Assembly: GCA_050230475.1 (NCBI GenBank)
Contig: JBFLGF010000095.1
Location: forward strand, 1-56,449
DNA length: 56,449 nucleotides
DNA from: Ancylonema sp.
Lineage: Eukaryota
Direction of reading: 5' to 3'
The notes under the pieces are model-generated. The model saw only the letters and a list, made by a program, of their open reading frames with translations. It was not told where the DNA came from and made no database searches. Position numbers and translations under genes: made by a program. This document shows, one piece after another, positions 24,307-35,623 of the stretch (the stretch's first letter is position 1; each line of letters starts with the position of its first letter).

Positions 24307-26025
24307 GGTGATGGAAACGATGTATTTCAGAGGGCAAGAGCAAAAGCCAGGGGGTGGGTTGCCTCTAACTTGCAGGCCATTGAACACCGAGTCTTGACGT
24401 TCTTTCCCCGGGAGAACGAATTTGAGGTCCACATCACATTGCGCCTCTACACCACCCCATCCCATTGCCTCAACTTGGAGAGATGGGGTCTAGGTATTTT
24501 GTATTTGTTTGGATTGAATAGGGGAACAGAGATAATTATGTATTGTTAACTGTGACGGGGGCCTTCGCTCGGGATAAGAAAGTGTCAAGAACAGAGTCAT
24601 TATGATCTAAATACAATCTTACTAGCCAAATCTGGCGATAATATGTATAAAAGAGAATTGAGCATGTGTACAAAAAATCGGTATGGAATGAGTGGAGGGG
24701 TAGGATGGCAGAGGAGTGATTGTGAGGGGAGAAACTTACCCAAAAATACGGGTTTGTATTGGGAATCGCATACCACCACTATTTCCGCGACTTCAGGCAG
24801 CTTCGAAAACATTTTCAAGCTGCCCTCCCCATGCCAGCAAGAAAAAAGAAAAAGTGGAAAAAGTTGAAGTTGATGCAATCACGCATTGAAGTAGGGTGTA
24901 TGCGCTCTGTTTTCTTCTGTGTCACAGCCAGGGGGAGTAAGGGGCCGGAAAAGGGGAGTGTAGAGGACCTGTAGAGAGCGATTGGCTGGCCCAGTAAGGG
25001 AAGGTACTGCTTAGGCATGCTCGCCTGAAAAAGAGAGGGGCAGAACAAATCGATGGGGGTCAAGTCAGCTTCAGTCGTCATAATTTAAATCCTGTAAGGA
25101 TTGGCAACCGAAATTATTTGTGAATATAAATTTTTGCTATGTTGTATGACCCTGGAGCGAAACAGAACGGAGCTGTCCAGATATTCATGCATTCTGACAG
25201 CTAACAAGGCTTGTGTATAAAGCTTGTGTGTAAGGATCTGTGAACAAACGTACCCCCATGCGCTTGCCGACTCCCCCCGCCAGCAAGATGACCGACACAC
25301 TGCCAGGTGGCACGGACTGACAAGTGGACAAGTCACGTGTTTGCAATGATGACGGACAGATATATGCGCCAGGTCATCTTGTGAAGAGAAGCTTTTAGAG
25401 AGAGGTGTGATATGCTTGTGATACTTATGAATAATAAGAGCAGCATTTCTACTCATGAGAATGTCCGGAATCAATGTGAAAATGATTTTCTAATGCTTGC
25501 TGTCTGACTCACTATCTCAGAGCTTATATGTAATTTAAAAGTTCTCGATAATTTTGACGCTGGCACCTTCATTTGAAATAGCGAATAAATGCAAGGTGAA
25601 CAGGGGGGCCTCTGGTTCATGCCTGTACAAACTTTTGACCCATGACCCAGCAGTAAAACCGAAGCAGTATAATTTAGTCAGCGGAATATACATAAATTCG
25701 CTGCATTTCGCAAGACCTTGAAAAATGTGGCCTGAATGGAAGTACATAAGACGGAAAAGTGACGGTCACTGACCTCAACATTGGAGATCGAGTCAGCACC
25801 TTCCACGATGGGTGCACTCACTGTGGCCCGAATTGTAAGACACCGCTTCCGCGCAATGCGACCTTTGTCTTTCAAGCTTTTCTCTAACACTTTTTGACTC
25901 GCTGCAATATGCCAAGGAGTTGAAGATGTGGTGACATTGAGAAAAGTATTATGTTGTGGTTGGCTCTGCTTCTGCTTGGTCACACCCAATATGTTCAATT
26001 CAGCTCGCTGCATGTAGAGAGCCAT
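22449..26025 (-). CDS. ispD: 2-C-methyl-D-erythritol 4-phosphate cytidylyltransferase, plastid MEP pathway
   Basis: About 11 exons: transit peptide (26025-25774), VSVILLAGGVGKRMG (25316-25254), ASMPKQYLPLLGQPIALYS, LPEVAEIVVVCD, PGKERQDSVFNGLQ, VAIHDSARPL, GAAVLGVPVKATIKQ, TLERSSLWEMQTPQ, VVRPELLREGF, LEVTDDVSIVE...YTNLK, VTTPEDLLLAERI...*. Confidence 0.95.
23199..23245 (+). repeat. 10-bp tandem repeat (GAATCTTGTA) x4+, in ispD intron
   Basis: Four perfect units plus a partial fifth. Confidence 0.9.
24205..24313 (+). repeat. (GAT)n microsatellite with GGT interruptions, in ispD intron
   Basis: Direct reading. Confidence 0.93.
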
Positions 26026-26556
26026 TGAAACGAATAATGGTAGGCGCTGAAAAAGTTTTAGCTGGAATGTAGATGTTACGGTGCAGGTACGACCTGCAGA
26101 AAAAATCTCTGGGATTCACACAAGCCTATCATGGCGACCATTCCTAACACGCTGGTTGCCTTGAATTGCCCGACTTTCAGAGACACTAGCTTTTTCCCAG
26201 CGAGAACGGAGAAACAGAACGCAATCCCATCTCGGCTGGTCGCCTGGCCGCTGGCCTCCAGACCCATCTGATTTCGGGATTTTTTACGAGGCTGCTCTGC
26301 TCGCCCAGCTGCGGCTGGACAGTTTTCCATCCAGGTGGGAAGTATCCTACCTGTCATCTGCGTCCGGAGTCTCCCAGCCGCGGTCAACCTCCGAACACCA
26401 CAGAGCCATACGACCCGTCCCATGCGGTTGGGACGACTCTGAAACTTGGGACAGAGCTTCAAAGAGGTACATAGCGGCTGAAAACCCTCTATACACTCCT
26501 CTTCGCGCCAACAGGTCATCCACTGTCGCTCTCACGGTCGTCCTGAGAGGATTACC
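26026..26556. promoter_or_regulatory. Divergent intergenic region between ispD and RPS5
   Basis: 531 bp between oppositely oriented start codons. Confidence 0.5.
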
Positions 26557-29326
26557 ATGGCGGACGCTATCACGACCGCGCCTGATGTGAAACTTTTCGG
26601 CCGATGGACGTTTGAGGAGGTTACGGTAAGGATTGTTACATTTTCCCCGCAATCTAGCTCTGTATGGCGTTCTGAAAAGTTGTTGGGTTTATGTTTGCAG
26701 ATTGTAGACATTTCTCTGCAAGATTACATTTCCGTGAAGGTCGATAAGCACGCTACTTACGTGCCGCACACAGCTGGGCGTTATGCCGTTAAGCGGTTCA
26801 GGAAGGCTCAATGCCCCATCGTAGAACGGTAAATTGCTCAATCCTCTAACGTATCAAAGACTCTTTGGCCCGACTCACAGCCGGGTCTGGAAAATTATTC
26901 CGGAAGATGCTTGAGTAGAATTGAAACATTGGGCCCATTGATTTGAGAACGGGGTTATATTGATTTCCGAGCAGAAGGTGCAGGGTCTAATTTTACGGAG
27001 TCACTTTAGGGCTACAGACTCTTCAGAGCAAACTTACAACTTCTATACGAATCAGGCCAGTACAAAGCGCGATGACAAGGTGGACTGTCACTGTCTGACT
27101 GACTTCAAGGATTGGCAGTATCTATGTTCCAGCTATTCGAAATCACTGACTGGGTTCAGCACGAAAAGGGGCCTGATCATCTCCAAAAACTTATGAGAAC
27201 ATCAGTCTCTCTCTTCACAAACTGTTGCTGACATATGCTCATATCTAAAAAGACATATACAACAAGACATATACGTTCCCTGATCTGAGCTGTCAAACTA
27301 AAGTTGTCACATCGCCTTCGGTACACGTCAGGTTGACGAACTCTCTGATGATGCACGGGCGCAACAACGGGAAGAAGGTGATGGCGGTCCGTATCGTGAA
27401 GCACGCCATGGAGATCATCCACTTGCTCACCGACGCAAACCCCATCCAGATCATCGTGGATGCCATCCAGAACAGGTGAAAACACCAGAAACACCAGAAC
27501 GCCCTGTACACCAGGTGAATTAAAGTAAAACAGATCAGAACATGCAGAGGTGTCCCTGATGACATGGCAGTGCAGTGCTGCATGACACCATGTAGCTCCC
27601 AAACATTGTTCTTCTCCCTCTTATCCATTCTTATACTCCTCCACTCGTAACTTTCTACACCGTGATAGTTTTTGTAGCAGATTGTGTGGCTAAAAGACGC
27701 CCAACTAGTATATCTGGGAGTGTGAGAAAGCATCATCCCTGTCAGGCTTGAGTAAAGATTCTTTGAACATGTGTTTCATGAACCTCGACTTCACCCAAAA
27801 TCCTGGTCCATTCTCGTCAAATTTATGACCCAATCATCACCAATCAGAATGCACATAGGCTATCCCCTGTCACCCTTATCTATGCACATAGTGATAGGTA
27901 GTTGGTGCTGCGAAAAGGACGTGTATTCTGATGTTGACGCCCAACAGGCACCATCCCCTCTGTCTCATTACCTTGCACTTGGCATTTATACGTCTGGATC
28001 TCATGGTCCGATAATGTTGCCCTAATGGGGTGATCCAGTCACCATCATCACCATTACCATCATCAATTAAACTGACTCGTACAAAAAGCAAACGTCTTCT
28101 TAATAGCAGAGTAGAAAAGAAGAAATATTAAAACGCTATTCTTAATTGACCTTCGAGGAAACACCTGATTGACTGTATTACACCGTGGATCTTCTAAACG
28201 CAAGCAACAGAATTCAATCCCATTTCCCCCCGTTTCATACCTTTGTCGCCGGACAGACCAGCACAGAGACATATGAAAAACCATTATCCCGTACCCTTCC
28301 CTAAAAAGATATGCAAACCCCCATCCCCTACCCCCCTATGTAGACATGAAAACCCCCATCCCCTACCGCACCTTACTCGGGTTTCTCGTTTCACTTTTTC
28401 TCCTCTTTCTCCCCCTCATTTCCTCCCTCCTTTTCCCCCTTTTATCTTCAGTGGTCCCCGCGAGGATGCCACTCGAATCGGGTCAGCTGGTGTGGTGAAG
28501 CGTCAGGCCGTGGATATCTCCCCCCTGCGCCGCGTGAACCAGGCGCTCATGCTGCTCACCACAGGGGCGCGGGAAGCATCGTTCAGGAACATCAAAACGA
28601 TCGCAGAGTGTCTGGCGGACGAGCTCATCAATGCCAGCAAAGGGTCGTCCAACAGGTCAGCAGTCTTTTTTAAGGGGCTTTTGGGAGGAGTAGGCTTACA
28701 CTCGAATGAGTAGGCTGTGAGTTTCGGATATGAGTATCTTGAATGTACGTTGAAGGTAGTCTTGTGGTTCTTGTTAGGGGTTTTGGGGGGGGTGTTTCTG
28801 GGATAGGTGTCCCCTGCACCTGCATGTGGGTATGGAGTCTCTTTGCTAATTTGCTGATTTTGTTGGACGGGAAAACCCCTAAGTAAGAGATAATATCGAA
28901 CCAAACATGAGTGAAACATGACAGTATGAAAACGGGAGCAAATTAACATTCAGATATGATAGGTCCAGATTAGGTGAAAGAAAATGGTGCAGCGCACAGA
29001 ATTGAGACAAGGCCACATTTCGCATGTGGCCATGAAGGCAGCTTCATGCATTAATCATCCTTGATTCATATTTATGAGAAATACTGTTCTATATCTATCT
29101 AGATTGGTATGGCAACGAGGAGTCTATGCAAAGTAATTAAAAATGGGGTGATGATACGCGCCACGTACCACAATTCTATGTAAAAAGTGGTGAACACATG
29201 ACAAGAATGAGATACATTTCGCCCGTGACTTCAATACAAGCTAAACGTTTTTCTCGTACGTCCAAATGCAGCTACGCCATCAAGAAGAAGGACGAAATTG
29301 AGCGCGTTGCCAAGGCCAATCGTTAG
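26557..29326 (+). CDS. RPS5: 40S ribosomal protein S5 (uS7)
   Basis: Exons 26557-26625, 26701-26828, 27332-27475, 28452-28655 and 29272-29326 give VKLFGRW...[37 protein letters not shown]...[31 protein letters not shown]...[17 protein letters not shown]. Confidence 0.98.
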
Positions 29327-31105
29327 AGACAATATTTTGTCGCACCTTCGCATGCTCGTGTGAAGGAAGGTTCGGGAGTTGTCTTTGATTTTGTTCTTAA
29401 TGGCCATAGAATTTTGACTCTAAATATCAGATCGGAACAACGGAATGTCATCGCAAAGATTGCAATACATTGCAGCAAGTGTGGTTGCACGAAGTAGCAC
29501 TTCATGTTGTGTCTAAAGCCAGTGTTACCCAGTTGCTGTGTTCTTTTGTGTGTGTTGTCCGCGGCTGAAAGATGGGTGAAAAGAAAAGGATGAGCAACGC
29601 ACATGAGTATTGTGAGCAAGCTAATCTTGATGAAACAAATTTACTTGTTTCATTTAGTGAAGTTGATGAAACAAAATCACAAATTAACAACAAAACATTT
29701 GGAATCCTCTTACCATATATCTTTGTGAACAATTGGATATCATAGAGGTATAAGCTAATGGAAACGTCAGTGTACTTCTAACTGTCTATGTACCATGTAT
29801 GTACATGTATACGTAGAAACACATGTATGTATAATCGAGGTCACAAACTGATTGCAACCAGCAACATTAAGCAAAAACAACGAGCTATGTGTATCACTAC
29901 ACACTAAGCAAATATGCCACAATGTTCTAAGTACAATAACCCTAGAGCAGAAAAAAACAGTGATCAACTCGCGAAAACAGAATGAGGAGTCGATCTGCAT
30001 GATGTGGAAGTTGTAGTGAGAAGATAGCTGTATTCACAGTACCTCTATCCGTGTACACCACACATTCCACATGGATGAGGGATTGTATAAGATACATCAT
30101 AGAGTAAAGGGGTCGAGTGCATCCCTTGTTGTGTCGAATCTAGAATTGTGAAATTTTACAATTACATTTTGAGTCACGATAATATGAAGCTATGTTAAGT
30201 TTTACACAAATATCGAGCAATGTTTAAGGTGTTTATGTGTATATTTAAGGGCACAAAATGTACAAAGCTTTTGACAAGCTTTTGTAGTTTGATGACACGT
30301 CGTCAAGTATCACTAGTGAAGCCTTTCTGTCGCTAGTTGCAAGAAGGAGCCATACATTGCTTAGCGTTCTGTATTGCAAACGAGTCCCTCGTTAGAGGCA
30401 CATTTGCCAAGGGGCCTCTGCCCGATTCGTTTGTAACAAGAGATGGTGGTTGGAATGGTATAACTTGCAAGTGGTTTCACATCCACTTGTCGAAGTTGCT
30501 AAGGTGTGTTACCCACTCAACCAAATATGAGTGTGAGGTCTTTTGCTAAAAGTTTTAAGGCACCTCCATTTCCCGTTTCGGCTGTGAGTCGATGTAGCTA
30601 CGGAGGAGCTACCAGCAATCCGTACTAGACTCTCCCATTGGAAGTGAAGCCTAAGTGTTGTTTGGCACGCCAAGAAAAATCCATCACGTTGTATCACGTT
30701 AAAGGCAGTTTTTCTTTTTTTGTGTGCCCATATCTTGGTGTTCAATTGCCAAAACGATCTCGATTTGGTACAGGTGCACCGAATCTGTATGCCTCTTCTA
30801 CAGTTGGGTCTATAACGAGTGTGCCTGTGACGGCATATCACTGTGAAGGAAAATCCCGTTCCATCTGAGCTCCACCTCGTTGTACCGATCGACATGCAGG
30901 TGCTGGCAAGAGCACGGGGTTCACGGCATGTGAACATTGTTGAGGGCAACAAGAAAAAGGTCATCTTAAGACAACCCGAGTGCTGGTACTTTCCGTTACT
31001 GCCCCAGCTTCGCTAATAGGTGGCATTCACTGACTCTCTGCACGCCAAATACCTTGAACCTCTCAACGCAGTCAAGCGAGCGTTCTAGTAGTAGCGCGTC
31101 ACACT

Positions 31106-33818
31106 ATGAGTAGTATCGGGACAGGAGTAAGCTTCCTTCACTTGCGAAGGCTGGATCTGTATGTATGGATAAACATTTTATGCCACTCTCTTGATATTTT
31201 ATTGAAGACTTTCGTAGCTGTTGTCTGTAATTTGACACAGTTGGAATCATGGTTTAAACGTGGTTGTCTGTTTGCTTGTATTGGGAGCAGTATGATCTAT
31301 CAGTAACGACGTACTCGCCAGATGGACGTATATTTCAGTCCGAGTATGCAAATAAAGCAGTGGACAACAGCGGGTAAGAGCCAACTATGCTGTCCTCACA
31401 CACTGCCGGAGAGTCAGTGATGATCCGTGGAATAGATCATCCGTCCCGTTTAGTTCACACTTCTGAAACATGCATCAAGATCAAATAGACAGACTATCAG
31501 TCCTTCCGAGAGATCCTCGTCATACTGCAAGATAATAAAATAAAATTATGAAATGTGTAATCTTATGCATGCATAGACAGGAGCTGATGTCGGAGGCTGT
31601 CGTTGTCTGATTCCACATCGTCGATGTGTTTTGTCGGGTGTCGCAGGACGGCAATCGGAATTAGGTGCAAGGATGGAATAGTTTTGGTGAGCTGTCCAAT
31701 CTGAGAAACCTCGAAGGAGGTGTAGTGTACAGGCCATATCGCCTTGGGTACCACTATGCATTTGCGCTTCTTCGCATCTCTTGAGGCTAGCAGTACGAGT
31801 TGCGATGAAGTCCGGGAAATATTAGGTTGGCAATGTTTCACTCGTACCTTCTAATCTCAATAATCATTTCTATCATGACTCCTGTTGGCAGGGTGTGGAG
31901 AAGCTGATTGTCTCCAAGATGCTGGTAGAGGGATCCAATCGGCGAATTCACGCTGTGGATCGCCACGCTGGCCTGGTGATCACCTTTTCGCCATCCTTCA
32001 CCCTAATATTTGTTGCTCGCAATAAAAGTATGAAGTATGAAGTGTCTCAAATGTATTGGTACGGCAAGGTAGGGTCACTGCTACACCACAGAGCAGAAGT
32101 TTCTGATGTGTTTCTTGCTCCTTGCCCAGGCCATGGCTGGATTGGTGGCAGATGGTCGGCAGATCGTGGGGAGAGCTCGTGCTGAAGCCAGCGGTTACAA
32201 AAGGTATGCAGCTTCCCTTTCCTGTGGGCCTACCTATAACGTAAAAAACACAAACTGAATTTTTTCCCTCAGCTTATTTTCTCTGGAATGTTACACAATC
32301 ATAATGATCTGCGTGTTTGTCAAGTCGGCAAGTTTTACAGGCTATGATATTTCTGTGAGCAGTGATACTGATTTGACTCATATCTGTGTTATATTTCAAA
32401 CTCTTGCAGTCAGTATGGGGCCAAGGTTGGCATTCAGGTGCTGAGCGAGCGTGTCGCCAGTTATGTGCATCTCTTCACGCTCTACTGGTGGACAAGGTAG
32501 GGTGAACGCCACATTTTACACCTTCCTCTCATGCAGCTATGGCGCAGATGAACTAGTCTGATCGTCATCGACCCTTCCATGTTGCGCTCTTCTCTAGGGT
32601 GTACTGATATGTCCGATGACTCACATGCAAAGCTGGTTGGTGTTGTGAGGGTGTATACAGGCCCTGTGGAGTGTCCGTGATCCTTGGTGGATACGACAAA
32701 GACGGGCCGCATCTGTACATGATCGAGCCTTCCGGTGTTAGCTTTGTGAGTATCTGAATGGCTCAACAACTCAGTAACATGCATGGAATGCCAGGGAGTA
32801 AAAGTACTTGTAGGAGGCAAATGGAGTTTTCTACCTGAATACTGAGTGGGATGCAGCAAACGTCATGTTGGATTCCCTCAGCAACTTCTGAAAAGTCTTT
32901 TGCAGAAATAATTATATGAGGATTGAGTTTGTTTTTCCCATTGTTTCAATGCTGGCAGAAATACTTTGGCGCAGCGATTGGCAAAGGGCGACAAGCAGCA
33001 AAAACGTGAGCCTCAAAGACGTTAGAAACCCCAAAAAACCCATAGAAAACCAAAAACAATTCACCGCTCTAATTTTCATTACCACCGCTTGATTGTTACC
33101 ATTCCTGACTTGGTCAATTCTGCCAACTCTTGATGCAGAGAAATCGAGAAGCTAAAACTGGGAGAGATGACATGTCGGGAGGGAGCTCACGCTGTGGCAA
33201 AGATGTAAGCCAATCACCATTTGCAGTGCGAGTCAGCAGCGGTCAATAATCATGAGCGACCTCCTTCCACCTGGCCTTACCAAGCCAGTTTGGCAAGACT
33301 CATGAGTCTGATATGCTGGAGTTGGTTTTTTTCACTTGAACATGGGTTTGAAATGTGGGTGCTGCAGCATCTATGGTGTTCATGATGAGGCCAAGGACAA
33401 GGAATTCGAGCTGGAGATGAGCTGGGTGTGCGATGAGTCAGACAAGCAGTTTGTGCGGGTAAGGGTTTTGAACATAGCTTTGGGAATATTTGTGTTTACG
33501 CAGCCAACCTGTGAGGATATGAGGTTTCAGCTCTGGTAAGGGCAAGTCATTGCAAGTCTATATTAGTCTAGTTTCGGGTATACGCCATATATATATTTAC
33601 TTTTCAAATGCGTTGCAACCAGTCCTTTTATGATTAAATCGGCCAGCAATATGTAAGCTTTTCGATATCGATATGGTGGTGAAGAGGGAGTGTGACAAAG
33701 GCTCTCTGGCTATGTAATAATAGTCGAGTGGGTTGTGTCGCAGATACCGGCTAACTTGCTGCAAGCAGTGAAGGCATCTGCAGAAGCTTCCCTGAACGAG
33801 GACATGGACGCAGATTAA
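31106..33818 (+). CDS. PAG1: 20S proteasome subunit alpha-7 (PAG1/PSMA3)
   Basis: Eleven short in-phase exons give [59 protein letters not shown]...ADGRQIV...TLYWW...[17 protein letters not shown]...[18 protein letters not shown]...[24 protein letters not shown]...EDMDAD*. Confidence 0.97.
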
Positions 33819-35623
33819 TGCTCACAAGTACTCCCATGAATAGAGTATCGTACATACTTCTTTGTACAGTTTGAGGAATCAATACCCAGCTCTAGCTGAT
33901 ACTAGTTCCTACAGCTTGAGGACCGCAATGAGTGTTAATCTTGCTCGGCTCAGTCTCAGTGGTGCATGCATAAGGAATTGTTGCACAAGTTGCTAGATGC
34001 ACTTGAACAGTACATGGCATTCTAATAATGCAAAAATAAATCGCTAAGCAGGGCTTTCTTTGTTCTTTGCAATTTCATCTTACTGTAACAGTCCAGTCTA
34101 GTCTTTTCCGAAAGGCTAGGCATTTCATGCCAAAATTGACTCCAACTCCTTAGCATCCGCGAACTTTCGTCGAGCACAATATTGAAGACATTCGGGGAGA
34201 AAATACAAGTGACTTTTTTTGTTAGTAGATGATGCAACAAACGAACTGTGCATCGAAACATGATCATGGAGAACAATCACATCCCACAACCACGCTATTG
34301 TTGCAGGTGCATACAACTATAAAAAGCGAAAAACCAAGAAGTATAGATTTTGAAAGCATCTATAACATCCAAGAAATACACCAAAAAACCTCCGCATCCT
34401 GTAGCTAATATGCCAGCGATCGTGGATGCAGTCCGTCATTTAAGCAAGCAATTCTGATCCATTGCCTCATACAAAACGGAGCTTGGGACAACTCTTGAAG
34501 CGACCCGACAATTGACCTGAACAAGCTCCTTCCCATGCCATATATATCTTTCCCAAACGTCACAAAAACTCCCGAGCATGTTTCGTGTTCGACCATCACA
34601 CAAAGTTCCTAGCGATATCAAGAGTGCACCATTCTACATCCCGCATGATTCTTACATACACCATCAACATTCTACAACATTTTCCAGTGTTACCCCGCAT
34701 GAATTACGCCTCAGCGACATCATACTTTATGCGATACTCTCTAATTCTGGTAGCGTGCCTAATAACAATCATGAATCATGGGGTTTGGGAGAAGTTGGGG
34801 GAGGTCGGACTTTTCGGTATGAAGGAGGTTTCTCTATTTAATCAAACATTTGCCCCACAATGCACCGCCATCCCACATTTTTTTAAACGTGTAGGTAGCA
34901 GGATTCACTTTGTTCGCATTGTTTGCCTCTATGCCCCCTCACTGGCTCCAATATTTTGGGTGGGTTGACGGGAAATTCCCTCGTTAAAATATTTTTCGAT
35001 GTTGTTGTTCATTTTGTCGACGGTTGTCCATTCCTTATTTCTGACGTGTTTCTCATGTATTTTTGATCTACGCAGTCACCAATCACACGTGCTAGACCTA
35101 GTTCGCACGTGTCCTGGCTGACCAGACTGGAAACTGTTTCAGTCCGCTCAGCCCCAAATCTGAACCGGGTAGCCGAACACGGTTTTTGGCCCAGCCGGAC
35201 CACCCGGACCAGATATCCAGTCTCGTAACGCCACTCCGACTGGGCGCAATATTAAGCGCCACGGTGGTACAATCGTTTATTTTTTACCCTGACACCCTCA
35301 CGCGCTCTGTTAAAATCTCCTGAACGCCTATGGCGCTAATGATGGCCTGCATTACGTGGAGGATTGGAAATAGCAATGCACGAAATATTTCGTGGCCGGG
35401 CATCTTTGCAGATTTAGCACCACATGCATATTTACGCCTAAGCGTTTCTGAAGACGTCAGTTAGTTTCTCTACGTTTGTTGGCTTCCCTCTCCGGAAGTG
35501 CTGCCACTCACAACTCCCTACTCTGCATTTTTCTGATTCTCAACTTGAAAACAAGAAATTGCACCGGAAACGCGACCATAAAATTGTTACGATTGGACGG
35601 ATAAACGAGCTGAGTGCAGAAAG

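Noticed and set aside
23933..24549. Poly-His, poly-Asp and poly-Met ORFs
   Set aside because: Intronic (GAT)n repeat inside ispD.
27069..27150. Possible C/D snoRNA in RPS5 intron 2 (GCGATGA...CTGA...CTGA)
   Set aside because: Degenerate C box, no clear terminal stem and no guide directly abutting the D box; snoscan or small-RNA data would be needed.
31417..31466. GTGATGA...CTGA in PAG1 intron 2
   Set aside because: Only ~50 nt, no terminal stem, no recognisable target complementarity.
34022..34968. Short ORFs between PAG1 and the VAMP72-like gene
   Set aside because: No recognisable domain and no consistent spliced model.
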